NCBI GenBank assembly: GCA_049667765.1
Contig: JBATIN010000055.1
Span: 1 to 28,828, forward strand
DNA from: Flavobacteriaceae bacterium
Lineage (GTDB): Bacteria > Bacteroidota > Bacteroidia > Flavobacteriales > Flavobacteriaceae
Direction: 5' to 3'
DNA: 28,828 nucleotides
Under the pieces are notes generated by a model that worked only from the letters and a program-made list of their open reading frames with translations, did not search any database and was not told where the DNA came from. The position numbers and the translations under genes are program-made. This document shows, one piece after another, positions 1-8,946 of this stretch. The stretch's first letter is position 1, and every line of letters starts with the position of its first letter.

Positions 1-530
1 AATTGTTTAGCTAAAAGTATTTTTAGAATATCGGTAACAAAATAAGCAATGACCATAGTAGCGAAAAAGGTAATAATTCGATTTGGCTCATTGTCCAAAC
101 TTGGGCCGACCACAATAATAACGCCCAGCCAAAACACCAAAACACCTATATTGATAAAATTGAGCAAAAATCCTTTAAGAAAAAGACCGGGATATCCCTT
201 GTTTGCCCTTATGGCCGTTCTTTCAGCACCTTTGGCTATTTTGGCCTTACTTTCTTTCTTAACTATCGTAGTAATGCCGTATACCAGCAAAATAACCCCG
301 CCAAAAACATAAAGCCCAGGTTGATTGCTAAGATTTTCTAAGAGTTGAAAACTACTGAAATAGGCTACCGTAATAAAGACAATGTCGGCAAAAATTACAC
401 CAAAATCGAAAACAAGTGCGGCGCGAAATCCTTTTAACGCACTGGTTTCAAGCAGCACAAAAAAAACAGGACCTATCATAAAGCTTAAGAAAAAGCCCAA
501 TGGTATCGCTGCCTGTATATCTTCCCACAT
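1..530 (-). CDS. LysE family translocator (3' end runs off the window)
   Basis: Not in the ORF track. Manual translation from ATG at 530 gives MWEDIQAAIPLGFFLSFMIGPVFFVLLETSALKGFRAALVFDFGVIFADI...KGFLLNFINIGVLVFWLG, with the LysE 'GP...G' N-terminal motif and a hydrophobic profile. Confidence 0.9.
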   Translation of the reverse strand, partial: MWEDIQAAIPLGFFLSFMIGPVFFVLLETSALKGFRAALVFDFGVIFADIVFITVAYFSSFQLLENLSNQPGLYVFGGVILLVYGITTIVKKESKAKIAKGAERTAIRANKGYPGLFLKGFLLNFINIGVLVFWLGVIIVVGPSLDNEPNRIITFFATMVIAYFVTDILKILLAKQ

Positions 531-569
531 AGGGTCGCTTAGATTTTATATTTTAAGTGCAAAATGGTG

Positions 570-1253
570 TTACATTCGGGTAATCTTACCTCCGAAAACC
601 GTTTTTTCGTCCATTTTTGCCGGGTCACCATAAACTAGAACCTCGCCACCGGCCTTCACGGTAGCCTTTACATAATCGGACGCAAATATTTCGGCCCTAG
701 AACCCGCGTTTACATTTACAGTAGAAAACTTGGTCTTAAACGTTTTTCCGTTATAAATACCCCCTGTATTAATTGCTACATCTTGAAGGTTTGAAGTACC
801 AGAAGTTTCTATAACGCCTCCAGTAACGGTTTTTATTAACATTTGATCTACCTCGGCAGATATTTCCAATTCCCCTCCTTCTTGAGCCTTTAATTCAAGT
901 ACATCTTGTTTTATGGTATTCTGTGATGTAATTCGCGCATCTTCATTTACGTCGATAATAACTAATTTATCGGTATAATAAAGTTTGATAAAAGTTTTAT
1001 AGCCGCTAAAAATCTTACCAATTTGCATACGGAGCTTTAGCACGCCTTCTGTATTAACAATAGCTACTTTGTTAACGTTCTCTCCTGTAATTACAGCCTT
1101 GTTTACGTCCGATTTAATCAATGTTACGGAAAGGCCATCAAAAGCCTTTATTTCCTTAAATACTTCAAGGTTCTTCACTACTTGTTCCTCTTGAGCTACC
1201 CCAAAATGAAGGCCAAGTAGTAGCACAAGAAGAAATTGTATTTTTTGTATCAT
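570..1253 (-). CDS. Head GIN (DUF2807) domain protein, secreted
   Basis: Signal peptide after ATG at 1253 (MIQKIQFLLVLLLGLHFGVAQ), 'F..IKAFDGL.V.L', beta-helix-like repeats, C-terminal 'GG.V.VYGDP......FGGKI'. Confidence 0.8.
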   Translation of the reverse strand: MIQKIQFLLVLLLGLHFGVAQEEQVVKNLEVFKEIKAFDGLSVTLIKSDVNKAVITGENVNKVAIVNTEGVLKLRMQIGKIFSGYKTFIKLYYTDKLVIIDVNEDARITSQNTIKQDVLELKAQEGGELEISAEVDQMLIKTVTGGVIETSGTSNLQDVAINTGGIYNGKTFKTKFSTVNVNAGSRAEIFASDYVKATVKAGGEVLVYGDPAKMDEKTVFGGKITRM

Positions 1254-1310
1254 ATCGGTTTTTAGCAGGTTGTTACCTTCTTTAAACAAATTTCATTCCA
1301 AAAAATTATA

Positions 1311-3500
1311 TTATTCATACTTTCCTATCAATGCAAAATCTAGATGCCTTTTGATAAGGTCTGTATTTTTTACCATAACTTTTACTTCATCGCCCAAAGT
1401 ATAGGTAATCTTGGTGCGTTCCCCTACGATTGCGTAGTTTTTCTCGTCAAATATATAATAATCACCCTTTATATCTCTAATTCTTACCATTCCCTCGCAT
1501 TTGTTCTCAATAATTTCTACATACATGCCCCACTCGGTAACCCCGGATATGACCCCAACAAATTCCTGATCTTGATGGTCTTGCATAAATTTAATCTGCA
1601 TGTATTTAATAGAATCGCGTTCAGCGCTCGAAGCTAAATACTCCATATCGGAAGAATGCTTACATTTCTCTTCGTAAACCTCTGCCTTAGTTGAATCGCC
1701 ACCTTCTAAATAATGTTGTAGCAATCGGTGTACCATTACATCAGGATATCTCCTTATAGGCGAAGTAAAATGCGTATAATAATCAAAGGCCAGACCATAA
1801 TGACCAATATTTTGAGTCGTATAGATTGCCTTGCTCATACTGCGAATGGCCAAGGTATCAACTAAATTTTGTTCTTTTTGTCCCTTAACATCCTCAAGAA
1901 GCTTATTTAAAGAGGCGCTAATCGATTTTTTATCCTTAAAGTCAAGTTTGTGCCCAAAACGATTTATAATACTATTTAAAGCTATTAATTTATCTTCGTT
2001 GGGATCGTCATGAATTCTGTAAACAAAGGTTTTGGTCGGTTTTTGCTTTCCAATGAATTCGGCTACTTTTCTATTGGCAAGTAGCATAAATTCTTCTATT
2101 AGTTTATTCGCATCTTTAGATTCTTTAAAATAGACTCCTTCAGGTTCGTTTTTCTCGTTCAGATTAAAACGGACTTCAACCTTATCGAACGAAATTGCAC
2201 CTTTATCCATTCTTCGCGTTCGCATAATCTTTGCCAACTTATCCATGGTTAAGGTCGCGAATACTACATTATCAGCTACCGAATACCCATCTTCTCTTAT
2301 AGAAATTTCTTTAGGGATACTACCTGTTTCTGTTTCAATGATTTCTTGTGCCTCTTCATAGGCAAAGCGTTCGTTTGAATTGATCACGGTTCTACCGAAC
2401 CATTGATTTTTAATTTCAGCTTTTTTATCAAGTTCAAAAATTGCGGAAAAGGTATATTTTTCTTCATTTGGTCGCAACGAACATGCATTGTTCGATAAAA
2501 TTTCGGGCAACATAGGTACCACGCGATCTACCAAATATACAGAAGTTGCCCTATTATAAGCCTCCTCGTCTAAAATAGTGTCCGTTTTTAAATAATGTGA
2601 TACATCGGCAATATGAATACCTATTTCAAAATTTCCGTTTTCTAAAATCTGAAATGAAAGTGCATCATCAAAATCCTTAGCATCTTTAGGATCGATAGTA
2701 AACGTTAAAACGTCTCTCAAATCCCTACGCTTGGCTATTTCTTCAGGTTTTATACTCGTGTCAAGGGTTTTCGCAAAACTTTCTACTTCAAAGGGAAACT
2801 CGTAAGGTAAGCCGTACTCAGCTAAAATAGAATGAATTTCAGTGTTGTGTTCCCCAGGTTTTCCTAGTACTTGCTTAATCTTCCCAAAAGGCGAATCGGC
2901 ATTATCGGGCCACTCCGTTATTTCTACGATTACCTTATCACCATCCGTGGCATCACCAAGGTTATCTTTTCCAACAAAAATATCGGTATACATTTTGTAA
3001 TCTGACGGGCGAACAAAAGCAAAATTGGGCTGTAGGTCTACAATGCCCACAAAAGTCATTTTATTACGTTCAATAATCTTAGTAATTTCCCCTTCAAGTT
3101 TTTTTCCTTTCCGTTTAGGAAAAATATACACCTCTACCGTATCTCTATGAAAGGCTTTTTTTAGTTTATTAAAAGGTACGAAGACATCTTCATCAATACC
3201 TTCTACTATAATATAAGCATTACCACGACCGGTAATATCAACCGTTCCTGTATGATAGGTTTTTGTGGAAGCTACAGCTTTGTAATTTCCTCTACTTTCT
3301 TCAATAATTCTTTTTTTTTCTTTTAACTCTACCAAACGCTTGATCAGTAAGTTTCTATCTTGCGCCTCGACCACTCCTATTTTTGAAGCAATTTGTTTAT
3401 AGTTAAAACTTTGTTTTGGTTCTTTTTCAAGAACAGTAAATATACCCTTGGTAATCTCGTTTTTTCTATGGTTTTTTACTTTCTTCTTCTGCTTCGACAT
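1311..3500 (-). CDS. rnr: Ribonuclease R
   Basis: RNB motifs TIDPKDAKDFDDALS, HIADVSHY, LIEEFMLLAN, HYGL..YTHFTSPIRRYPD; C-terminal S1 domain. Confidence 0.97.
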   Translation of the reverse strand: MSKQKKKVKNHRKNEITKGIFTVLEKEPKQSFNYKQIASKIGVVEAQDRNLLIKRLVELKEKKRIIEESRGNYKAVASTKTYHTGTVDITGRGNAYIIVEGIDEDVFVPFNKLKKAFHRDTVEVYIFPKRKGKKLEGEITKIIERNKMTFVGIVDLQPNFAFVRPSDYKMYTDIFVGKDNLGDATDGDKVIVEITEWPDNADSPFGKIKQVLGKPGEHNTEIHSILAEYGLPYEFPFEVESFAKTLDTSIKPEEIAKRRDLRDVLTFTIDPKDAKDFDDALSFQILENGNFEIGIHIADVSHYLKTDTILDEEAYNRATSVYLVDRVVPMLPEILSNNACSLRPNEEKYTFSAIFELDKKAEIKNQWFGRTVINSNERFAYEEAQEIIETETGSIPKEISIREDGYSVADNVVFATLTMDKLAKIMRTRRMDKGAISFDKVEVRFNLNEKNEPEGVYFKESKDANKLIEEFMLLANRKVAEFIGKQKPTKTFVYRIHDDPNEDKLIALNSIINRFGHKLDFKDKKSISASLNKLLEDVKGQKEQNLVDTLAIRSMSKAIYTTQNIGHYGLAFDYYTHFTSPIRRYPDVMVHRLLQHYLEGGDSTKAEVYEEKCKHSSDMEYLASSAERDSIKYMQIKFMQDHQDQEFVGVISGVTEWGMYVEIIENKCEGMVRIRDIKGDYYIFDEKNYAIVGERTKITYTLGDEVKVMVKNTDLIKRHLDFALIGKYE

Positions 3501-4115
3501 TAATTATTTTAATTTAATCGGAAAATTACGAATTATAATCCATTACCTATTATTTTAAAAGCTGGTACAGCAACGAATTGAACATGAATCTAGTTATGAA
3601 CAACTATTATATTTATTAGTTTTTTTTATTAATTTTTAAAATGAAATGGTGATTATGATAGGGTGTTAATAAAAGCGATAAAAAAGAGCACATTCTCTTG
3701 TTTATTATGAAAATAGGACTTTATTGACAAGCTATATCTTAGGTTTTGTTTTAACACTCAGAGGATTAGGGAAAGGATCAACAACTGATGATAACTACTA
3801 TCAACATAAATTTTTAATAAACAATAAAAAATAGAATGTTGATTTCTTAGGAAAGAAGTTGGATATCTTCTTCTTAGTTTCTAAGAAAAAAATTATGTTT
3901 TAATGGTTGTGTTTTTTAAAGCACTTTTAAAAAGGAATAAGCAAATTTTTTAATCCTTTTTTTTAGGAAGTTTATTAACAAAGAATAGATAAATAATATG
4001 ACGCTAATTAACATGATATTTTGTGTATCTAAGAATAAATGATGTGAGATACTTAGTTTTTGTTGTGTACGTATATCTATTGTACATTTGTAATAGCAAC
4101 CCATACCTTTGAACG
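3501..4115. other. Candidate replication origin (oriC): AT-rich spacer with clustered DnaA-box-like 9-mers
   Basis: TTATGAACA 3594-3602, TTATTAACA on - at 3664-3672, TTATTGACA 3721-3729, TTATCATCA on - at 3786-3794, CTATCAACA 3798-3806, TAATAAACA 3815-3823, TTATTAACA 3972-3980, TAATTAACA 4005-4013; near-pure A/T tract 3606-3645; divergent flanking genes. Confidence 0.6.
4059..4090 (+). promoter_or_regulatory. Bacteroidota housekeeping promoter for rpiB-czcD-elaA
   Basis: TTTG (4059-4062), 20-nt spacer, TACATTTG (4083-4090): matches -33 TTTG / -7 TAnnTTTG. Confidence 0.65.
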
Positions 4116-4547
4116 ATGAAAATAGCCATAGGAAACGACCACGCCGGAACAGAATATAAACTTGCTATAATAGGTCTCTTAAAATCTATGCATATTGAGG
4201 TAAGTAATTATGGTACCGACGGTACCGATAGTGTAGATTATCCTGATTTTGTGCACCCTGTTGCAAAACAGGTCGAAGAAGGAAAAGCGGACTTTGGAAT
4301 TATTATTTGTGGTAGTGGAAATGGTGCTTCAATGACCGCTAATAAACATCAAAAAGTACGTTGTGCCCTTTGTTGGACGAAAGAAATAGTGGAATTAGGC
4401 CGTGAGCACAATGACGCTAACATTTTAAGTTTGCCAGCACGGTTTATTTCACTGCCCCAAGCTATAGAAATGGTCAAGGTATTTTTAAAAACCGATTTTG
4501 CAGGGGGACGACATGAAAGGCGAGTTGAAAAAATACCCTGTATTTGA
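4116..4547 (+). CDS. rpiB: Ribose-5-phosphate isomerase B
   Basis: MKIAIGNDHAG, SVDYPD, ICGSGNG, REHNDAN, F.GGRHERRV motifs. Confidence 0.97.
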   Translation: MKIAIGNDHAGTEYKLAIIGLLKSMHIEVSNYGTDGTDSVDYPDFVHPVAKQVEEGKADFGIIICGSGNGASMTANKHQKVRCALCWTKEIVELGREHNDANILSLPARFISLPQAIEMVKVFLKTDFAGGRHERRVEKIPCI

Positions 4548-4570
4548 CTTAACTTTTATCAGCAACCCGT

Positions 4571-5497
4571 ATGGCCCATTCGCATCATAACCATTCTCAC
4601 TCGCATGGGCATTCACATTCCGATCTAAAAGGAAGAAATCTCGTTATTTCAATTCTGCTGAACATCCTTATAACCGCTTCCCAGGTTGTTGGGGGACTTA
4701 TTTCAGGAAGTCTTTCTTTACTATCAGATGCCCTACATAATTTTAGTGATGTTATTTCATTGATAATCAGCTATATAGCTACCGTACTGTCAAAGAAAAA
4801 AGCATCAGTTAACAAGACCTTTGGTTATAAAAGAGCAGAAATAATTGCGGCGTTTGTGAATGCTTCGACCCTTATTGTTGTGGCTATAATATTGGTAAAA
4901 GAAGCTATTGAGCGCTTCATGAACCCTCAGGAAATAACTTCTGATTTGGTTATTTGGCTTTCTTTATTAGGAATTGCCGCAAATGGGTTTAGTGTATTGC
5001 TGCTTAAAAAGGATGCCGAGAGCAATATGAATTTGAAGTCGGCCTATCTTCATTTATTTACCGATATGATGGCTTCGGTTGCGGTCTTGATTGGAGGCTT
5101 GCTAATGAAATTTTATCAAATGTATTGGGTAGACCCGGCATTGACCTTGGCCATTGCCCTATACTTAATCTATATGGGCTATGATCTTTTAAAAGATTCA
5201 ACTAGAGTATTGATGCTGTTCACGCCTAATACAATTCAAGTACAAGAGATTGTAAAAACCATAGGAAAAATTGAGCCTATTAAAAATGTACACCACGTAC
5301 ATATTTGGCAGTTAAATGAAGATGAAGTTCATTTAGAGGCTCATATTGATTTTCATGAAGACATTAAACTTTCAGAATTTGATGCCGTTCTTGAACAAAT
5401 TGAAGAACAAGTCTACCATAATTATGGTATAAACCACATAAACATACAGCCAGAATTTGGAAAATGTGATAGTAAACATATAATTGTTCAAGATTGA
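4571..5497 (+). CDS. czcD: Cation diffusion facilitator (Zn/Co/Cd efflux, CzcD/ZitB-like)
   Basis: His-rich N-terminus, SLSLLSDALHNFSD, TFGYKRAE, AYLHLFTD, VHHVHIW. Confidence 0.9.
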   Translation: MAHSHHNHSHSHGHSHSDLKGRNLVISILLNILITASQVVGGLISGSLSLLSDALHNFSDVISLIISYIATVLSKKKASVNKTFGYKRAEIIAAFVNASTLIVVAIILVKEAIERFMNPQEITSDLVIWLSLLGIAANGFSVLLLKKDAESNMNLKSAYLHLFTDMMASVAVLIGGLLMKFYQMYWVDPALTLAIALYLIYMGYDLLKDSTRVLMLFTPNTIQVQEIVKTIGKIEPIKNVHHVHIWQLNEDEVHLEAHIDFHEDIKLSEFDAVLEQIEEQVYHNYGINHINIQPEFGKCDSKHIIVQD

Positions 5498-5940
5498 TGC
5501 TAAACCTTACCATTAAAAAATTCGACGAACTTTCAGTCAATGAATTATATGCTATTTTACGCTTACGTAGCGAAGTCTTCGTGGTTGAGCAAAGCTGCGT
5601 ATATCAAGACCTTGATGGTAAAGATCAAAAAGCCCTACATGTTATTGGTAGTTCCGAAAATGAAATTGTGGCCTATACGCGAATCTTTGGTCCTGGAGAT
5701 TATTTTGACGAAGCGAGTATTGGTAGGGTAGTAGTAAAAAAAACGGCAAGAAAATATGGGTATGGACTTGAAATTATGAAGGCTTCCATCAAGGCAATTG
5801 AATTGTATTTTAAAACAAAGGAAATTCATTTATCCGCTCAAAAATATCTTAAGAAATTCTACGAATCCTTAGGTTTTGTGCAAGTGGGTTTTGAATATCT
5901 TGAAGACGGCATTCCGCACATAGGGATGACCAAAAAATAA
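5497..5940 (+). CDS. elaA: GNAT acetyltransferase, ElaA family
   Basis: LRSEVFVVEQ.CVYQDLDGKD, IGRVVV, SAQ.YL..FY, YLEDGIPHIGM; ATG overlaps the czcD stop (TGATG). Confidence 0.9.
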   Translation: MLNLTIKKFDELSVNELYAILRLRSEVFVVEQSCVYQDLDGKDQKALHVIGSSENEIVAYTRIFGPGDYFDEASIGRVVVKKTARKYGYGLEIMKASIKAIELYFKTKEIHLSAQKYLKKFYESLGFVQVGFEYLEDGIPHIGMTKK

Positions 5941-5951
5941 AAAACGATTAT

Positions 5952-5973
5952 TCCCCGAAGCTAGCCTCGGGGA
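5952..5973. terminator. GC-rich hairpin between convergent genes (terminator or REP-like palindrome)
   Basis: TCCCCGA-AGCTAGCC-TCGGGGA: perfect 7-bp stem. Confidence 0.55.
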
Positions 5974-5998
5974 TATTTGTCCTCTTTATTTCAAAAAA

Positions 5999-6379
5999 CT
6001 AGATTTTAATAGGGGTCTTGTTGGTAAGGTTTATGTCCTCCAACATCGTATCGGTAAACTTATAGTGCCCTTTTGTGGTGATAATTCTAAACGCATCCGA
6101 ATTCATACGGCTTAAAGTGTCTAAGAACAACCATTTTGTTTTTAATAAACGGGGCTTTTCCGATTTAAGGCTTATTTCAAAATAATATTTTTTACCGTTT
6201 TTTACGGCTACAATGTCAGGGGTTATTCTGGTGTCGCCCCCTTTCATTTTTCGGATATATGATTTCGGGGTATCATAACCTTCCATATCCGCTCTAATAC
6301 TTTCAAAACCGGTGGCCTCTAAATGCTGAATCGATTTTTCTAAAAATGCTTCGTTTTCTGACTTGTCTATTTTTACCAT
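5999..6379 (-). CDS. Hypothetical protein, possible restriction-endonuclease-like fold
   Basis: 126-aa ORF with ATG start; TPDIVAVKNGKKYYFEISLK resembles PD...(D/E)xK with a shifted Lys. Confidence 0.7.
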   Translation of the reverse strand: MVKIDKSENEAFLEKSIQHLEATGFESIRADMEGYDTPKSYIRKMKGGDTRITPDIVAVKNGKKYYFEISLKSEKPRLLKTKWLFLDTLSRMNSDAFRIITTKGHYKFTDTMLEDINLTNKTPIKI

Positions 6380-6428
6380 AACTTGTAAGATAACCTTTTT
6401 TTCGACAATTCCAAATATTATTGACTGA

Positions 6429-6445
6429 TTAACAGCGAATTAACA
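6429..6445. promoter_or_regulatory. Direct repeat TTAACA-N5-TTAACA, possible OmpR/PhoB-type regulator site
   Basis: TTAACA at 6429-6434 and 6440-6445 (11-bp period), ~50 bp upstream of the 126-aa gene. Confidence 0.4.
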
Positions 6446-6452
6446 TATAAAC

Positions 6453-8102
6453 TCAGTTAAGGTTGGTGGTAAACCAATTGATCAAAGCTTGATTCGCACG
6501 ACTTGGGTCGGGCAGGCCTGTACCATAGTATAGGCCAAAAGCATCTTCATGATACGAGTGGTAGCTGAAATGTATAGTAATGGTTTTCAAAATGTCGACC
6601 ATATCGGCGACCCAGGTTAAACCTCCTTTGTCTTCTTCAAAACATGGGTTGCCTACTCCGAACTCGCCCATATAAAGCGCTGCATTTTTTGAACTGGCCC
6701 AAGTAACAGTCTCGCCAATAGTTGCTTCTAAAAAAGCCTTGTTCCTTTTAAAAAGAGAGCCTTCGGATGTATAAAAATCGAGGCGAAGAAGGCAAGTTGC
6801 CGTGTCGGCAATGTTGTCACCTTTCATCCAGCCGTTAATTTGATATGAATAGCCCTGTTTGGCCTCGAATTGTTGGCCTCGGTTGGTCATGTTTGCATCG
6901 CCTGTAGCCCCATCTATATAGATGCTTGATGAATCTTCATTCCCTTCCGTGGTAGAAATTGCATTGGTACCCGATCCGTTCTCACTCCAAAAAATCCATC
7001 CATCTATAGCATTAAGGTTGTCGACATAGATATCACGTACAAAATCACCGCTTGGGCCATATTCTTTTACGACAATATCGTCGAAATATACTCTGCCTGA
7101 GACTCCTGCGGCTACCAATGCCGGTGCTATCAAATGTATTTTTGCATCCGTTATGTTAAACCGTACCCCTTCATAGTAATTCCATTCAGATGAATCAGAA
7201 GGCAATTTAGGGTTTTCAAAAGAGGCGGTATACCACTCACTGTTCGATGTTTCAATAATAGCTTCGTCTGGATATTTCCCCCCGTCGCCCAAATTAGCGA
7301 ATTCCAGTTTCTGATGTGTATAAAAATAGGGGTCATAGCCATGAAATTCATACACCAAATTCTGACCTGTAACCTGGGGAAAATTTAAATTGTCGTCGGG
7401 AATGTAATTACCGGAAACGTAAATGGCGCGTTCAACAAAAATCAGGTGATTTTTGTTCACTTCGCGTATGTTGTTAATAAGTCGTTGCGCTAAAGTGCTC
7501 CATTGCTGCATAGATTCACTGGGCACCGGCTCGTTGACCAATCCGAATCCTGCGATTTGTACTTCATTTATATAACGTGACGCAATCGCTTTCCATAGGG
7601 CTGCCAAACGGTTCTGATTTTCTTGATTGTTCCAAAGCCCAATACCTTCGCCTTGCGACTGGTAACCTCCTTGGGGTACGTGCATGTTCAGTACTAGGTA
7701 AATTCCATTGTTCTTTGCCCAAGTTATGTTTTTATCAAGCCAGTCCCAACCACTTTGTCGATAGGTGTAGGGGTTCGAGTCGTCTTCAAAATAACTATAG
7801 TTCATATAAAATCGAACCACGTTCATTCCCATAGCCTTTACGCGTTGATAATCGATTTCTGAATGGTGTTCGGGGGGGGTCGAAACATCTTGCCAAACAA
7901 AATTATTAAAGGCCATGCCCTGAAGATAAACAGGGTTTTTATTGGCATCTACCAACCGGGCCTCCTGTAGTTGAAGTAGGTTATTTTCTGTGGATTCTAC
8001 CGCTACTTCTTTTTCTTTGGGAATTTCCGGATCTGGACTATCATCTTTTTTGCACGACAGCATGAAACCCACGGTCATGAGATAAAGAATATACTTTTTC
8101 AT
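6453..8102 (-). CDS. Glycoside hydrolase family 5 lipoprotein with an inserted CBM-like module
   Basis: Lipobox MLSC; GMNVVRF, LNMHVPQGG, acid/base NEP, YEFH.Y.P..YTHQ, nucleophile YMGEFG. Confidence 0.9.
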   Translation of the reverse strand: MKKYILYLMTVGFMLSCKKDDSPDPEIPKEKEVAVESTENNLLQLQEARLVDANKNPVYLQGMAFNNFVWQDVSTPPEHHSEIDYQRVKAMGMNVVRFYMNYSYFEDDSNPYTYRQSGWDWLDKNITWAKNNGIYLVLNMHVPQGGYQSQGEGIGLWNNQENQNRLAALWKAIASRYINEVQIAGFGLVNEPVPSESMQQWSTLAQRLINNIREVNKNHLIFVERAIYVSGNYIPDDNLNFPQVTGQNLVYEFHGYDPYFYTHQKLEFANLGDGGKYPDEAIIETSNSEWYTASFENPKLPSDSSEWNYYEGVRFNITDAKIHLIAPALVAAGVSGRVYFDDIVVKEYGPSGDFVRDIYVDNLNAIDGWIFWSENGSGTNAISTTEGNEDSSSIYIDGATGDANMTNRGQQFEAKQGYSYQINGWMKGDNIADTATCLLRLDFYTSEGSLFKRNKAFLEATIGETVTWASSKNAALYMGEFGVGNPCFEEDKGGLTWVADMVDILKTITIHFSYHSYHEDAFGLYYGTGLPDPSRANQALINWFTTNLN

Positions 8103-8176
8103 CACAAATTTTTATATAAATATACGCAAATAGTAGTGTTCTAGTTCAAACATTGGTTTAGAGGCGTAATATAGCA

Positions 8177-8319
8177 AACCGACCAGTGGGTCTATTTTGT
8201 CAATCGTGCAGCCATTAAGGCGTAGCAAAGAATCTGCCTAAAACTTAAATTGAGGATGAAATGCACTTTTTTGGAGAAGAACCCCGAATTTTAATAACGA
8301 ACCGACCAAGTGGTTTGTG
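8177..8319. repeat. Pair of 20-bp imperfect palindromes (AACMRACC-N4-GGTYKGTT family)
   Basis: AACCGACC-AGTG-GGTCTATT at 8177-8196 and AACCGACC-AAGT-GGTTTGTG at 8300-8319; same motif as the pair at 20867/20993. Confidence 0.65.
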
Positions 8320-8326
8320 AACTCGC

Positions 8327-8944
8327 CTAAACAAATGGCTTTGCAATTCCGTTTTGAACGAGAAAATCAAGTTTTAAGATAAGGTTAATTGGTTTTTCGG
8401 CCTTGTTTTTTGTAGAGAAATAAAGGTAACCTTGAGTGCGATGATCTAAATGTACAATTTTCATTTTTGCAGCTCCACCCACCGGGTGTTCGTTAATGAT
8501 GGAGTTTAAATACTTTTGGGTAATATTCCTTTTTTCGAGAAAATCGATCAATTTCAAACGGTTTACAAAAGTTATTTTAGAAGAGGTAAAAGTGTCGGGG
8601 AAGTCACTATAAATTGAAGTGACCAAGGCATAGAAATCGGTTTTTTTCGAGATATCAAAAAGCCATCCTTTTTTTGTTTTGGATCCTTTATTGTAAAACA
8701 GTTCAAAAGCAAAAGTAGGTAGCGATTCATTAATATAATCTAGCTGGGCTTTTTCGTCTACAAAAAACTGTTGCCCAGTTGTATGTTGTGTAAAGATAAG
8801 ATCAATGCCCTGTAATTGTCTTTTAAGATTATTTACCCGTTCAAAAGAATATTTTTTTAGATGCTTTTGGTAATATTTATCCAGCAAAAAAGATAATTTT
8901 CGTTCTTGTTCAAGGTCAGCTGAAAAGTTGCTCTGCAATGCCAC
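8327..8944 (-). CDS. Putative PD-(D/E)xK nuclease (candidate restriction endonuclease)
   Basis: QLQGIDLIF...FFVDEKAQLDY fits D...(D/E)xK; GTG start 2 nt after the methyltransferase stop. Confidence 0.6.
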   Translation of the reverse strand: MALQSNFSADLEQERKLSFLLDKYYQKHLKKYSFERVNNLKRQLQGIDLIFTQHTTGQQFFVDEKAQLDYINESLPTFAFELFYNKGSKTKKGWLFDISKKTDFYALVTSIYSDFPDTFTSSKITFVNRLKLIDFLEKRNITQKYLNSIINEHPVGGAAKMKIVHLDHRTQGYLYFSTKNKAEKPINLILKLDFLVQNGIAKPFV

Positions 8945-8946
8945 GA

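Noticed and set aside
49..633. ORFs 49..312 and 382..633 on the + strand
   Set aside because: Antisense shadows of the LysE and head-GIN genes.
3916..4104. 62-aa ORF in the AT-rich spacer
   Set aside because: Low-complexity I/L/F/K composition expected from AT-rich DNA; overlaps the rpiB promoter and DnaA-box-like sites.
4571..4625. His-rich repeat at the CDF N-terminus
   Set aside because: Normal metal-binding tail of CzcD/ZitB proteins.
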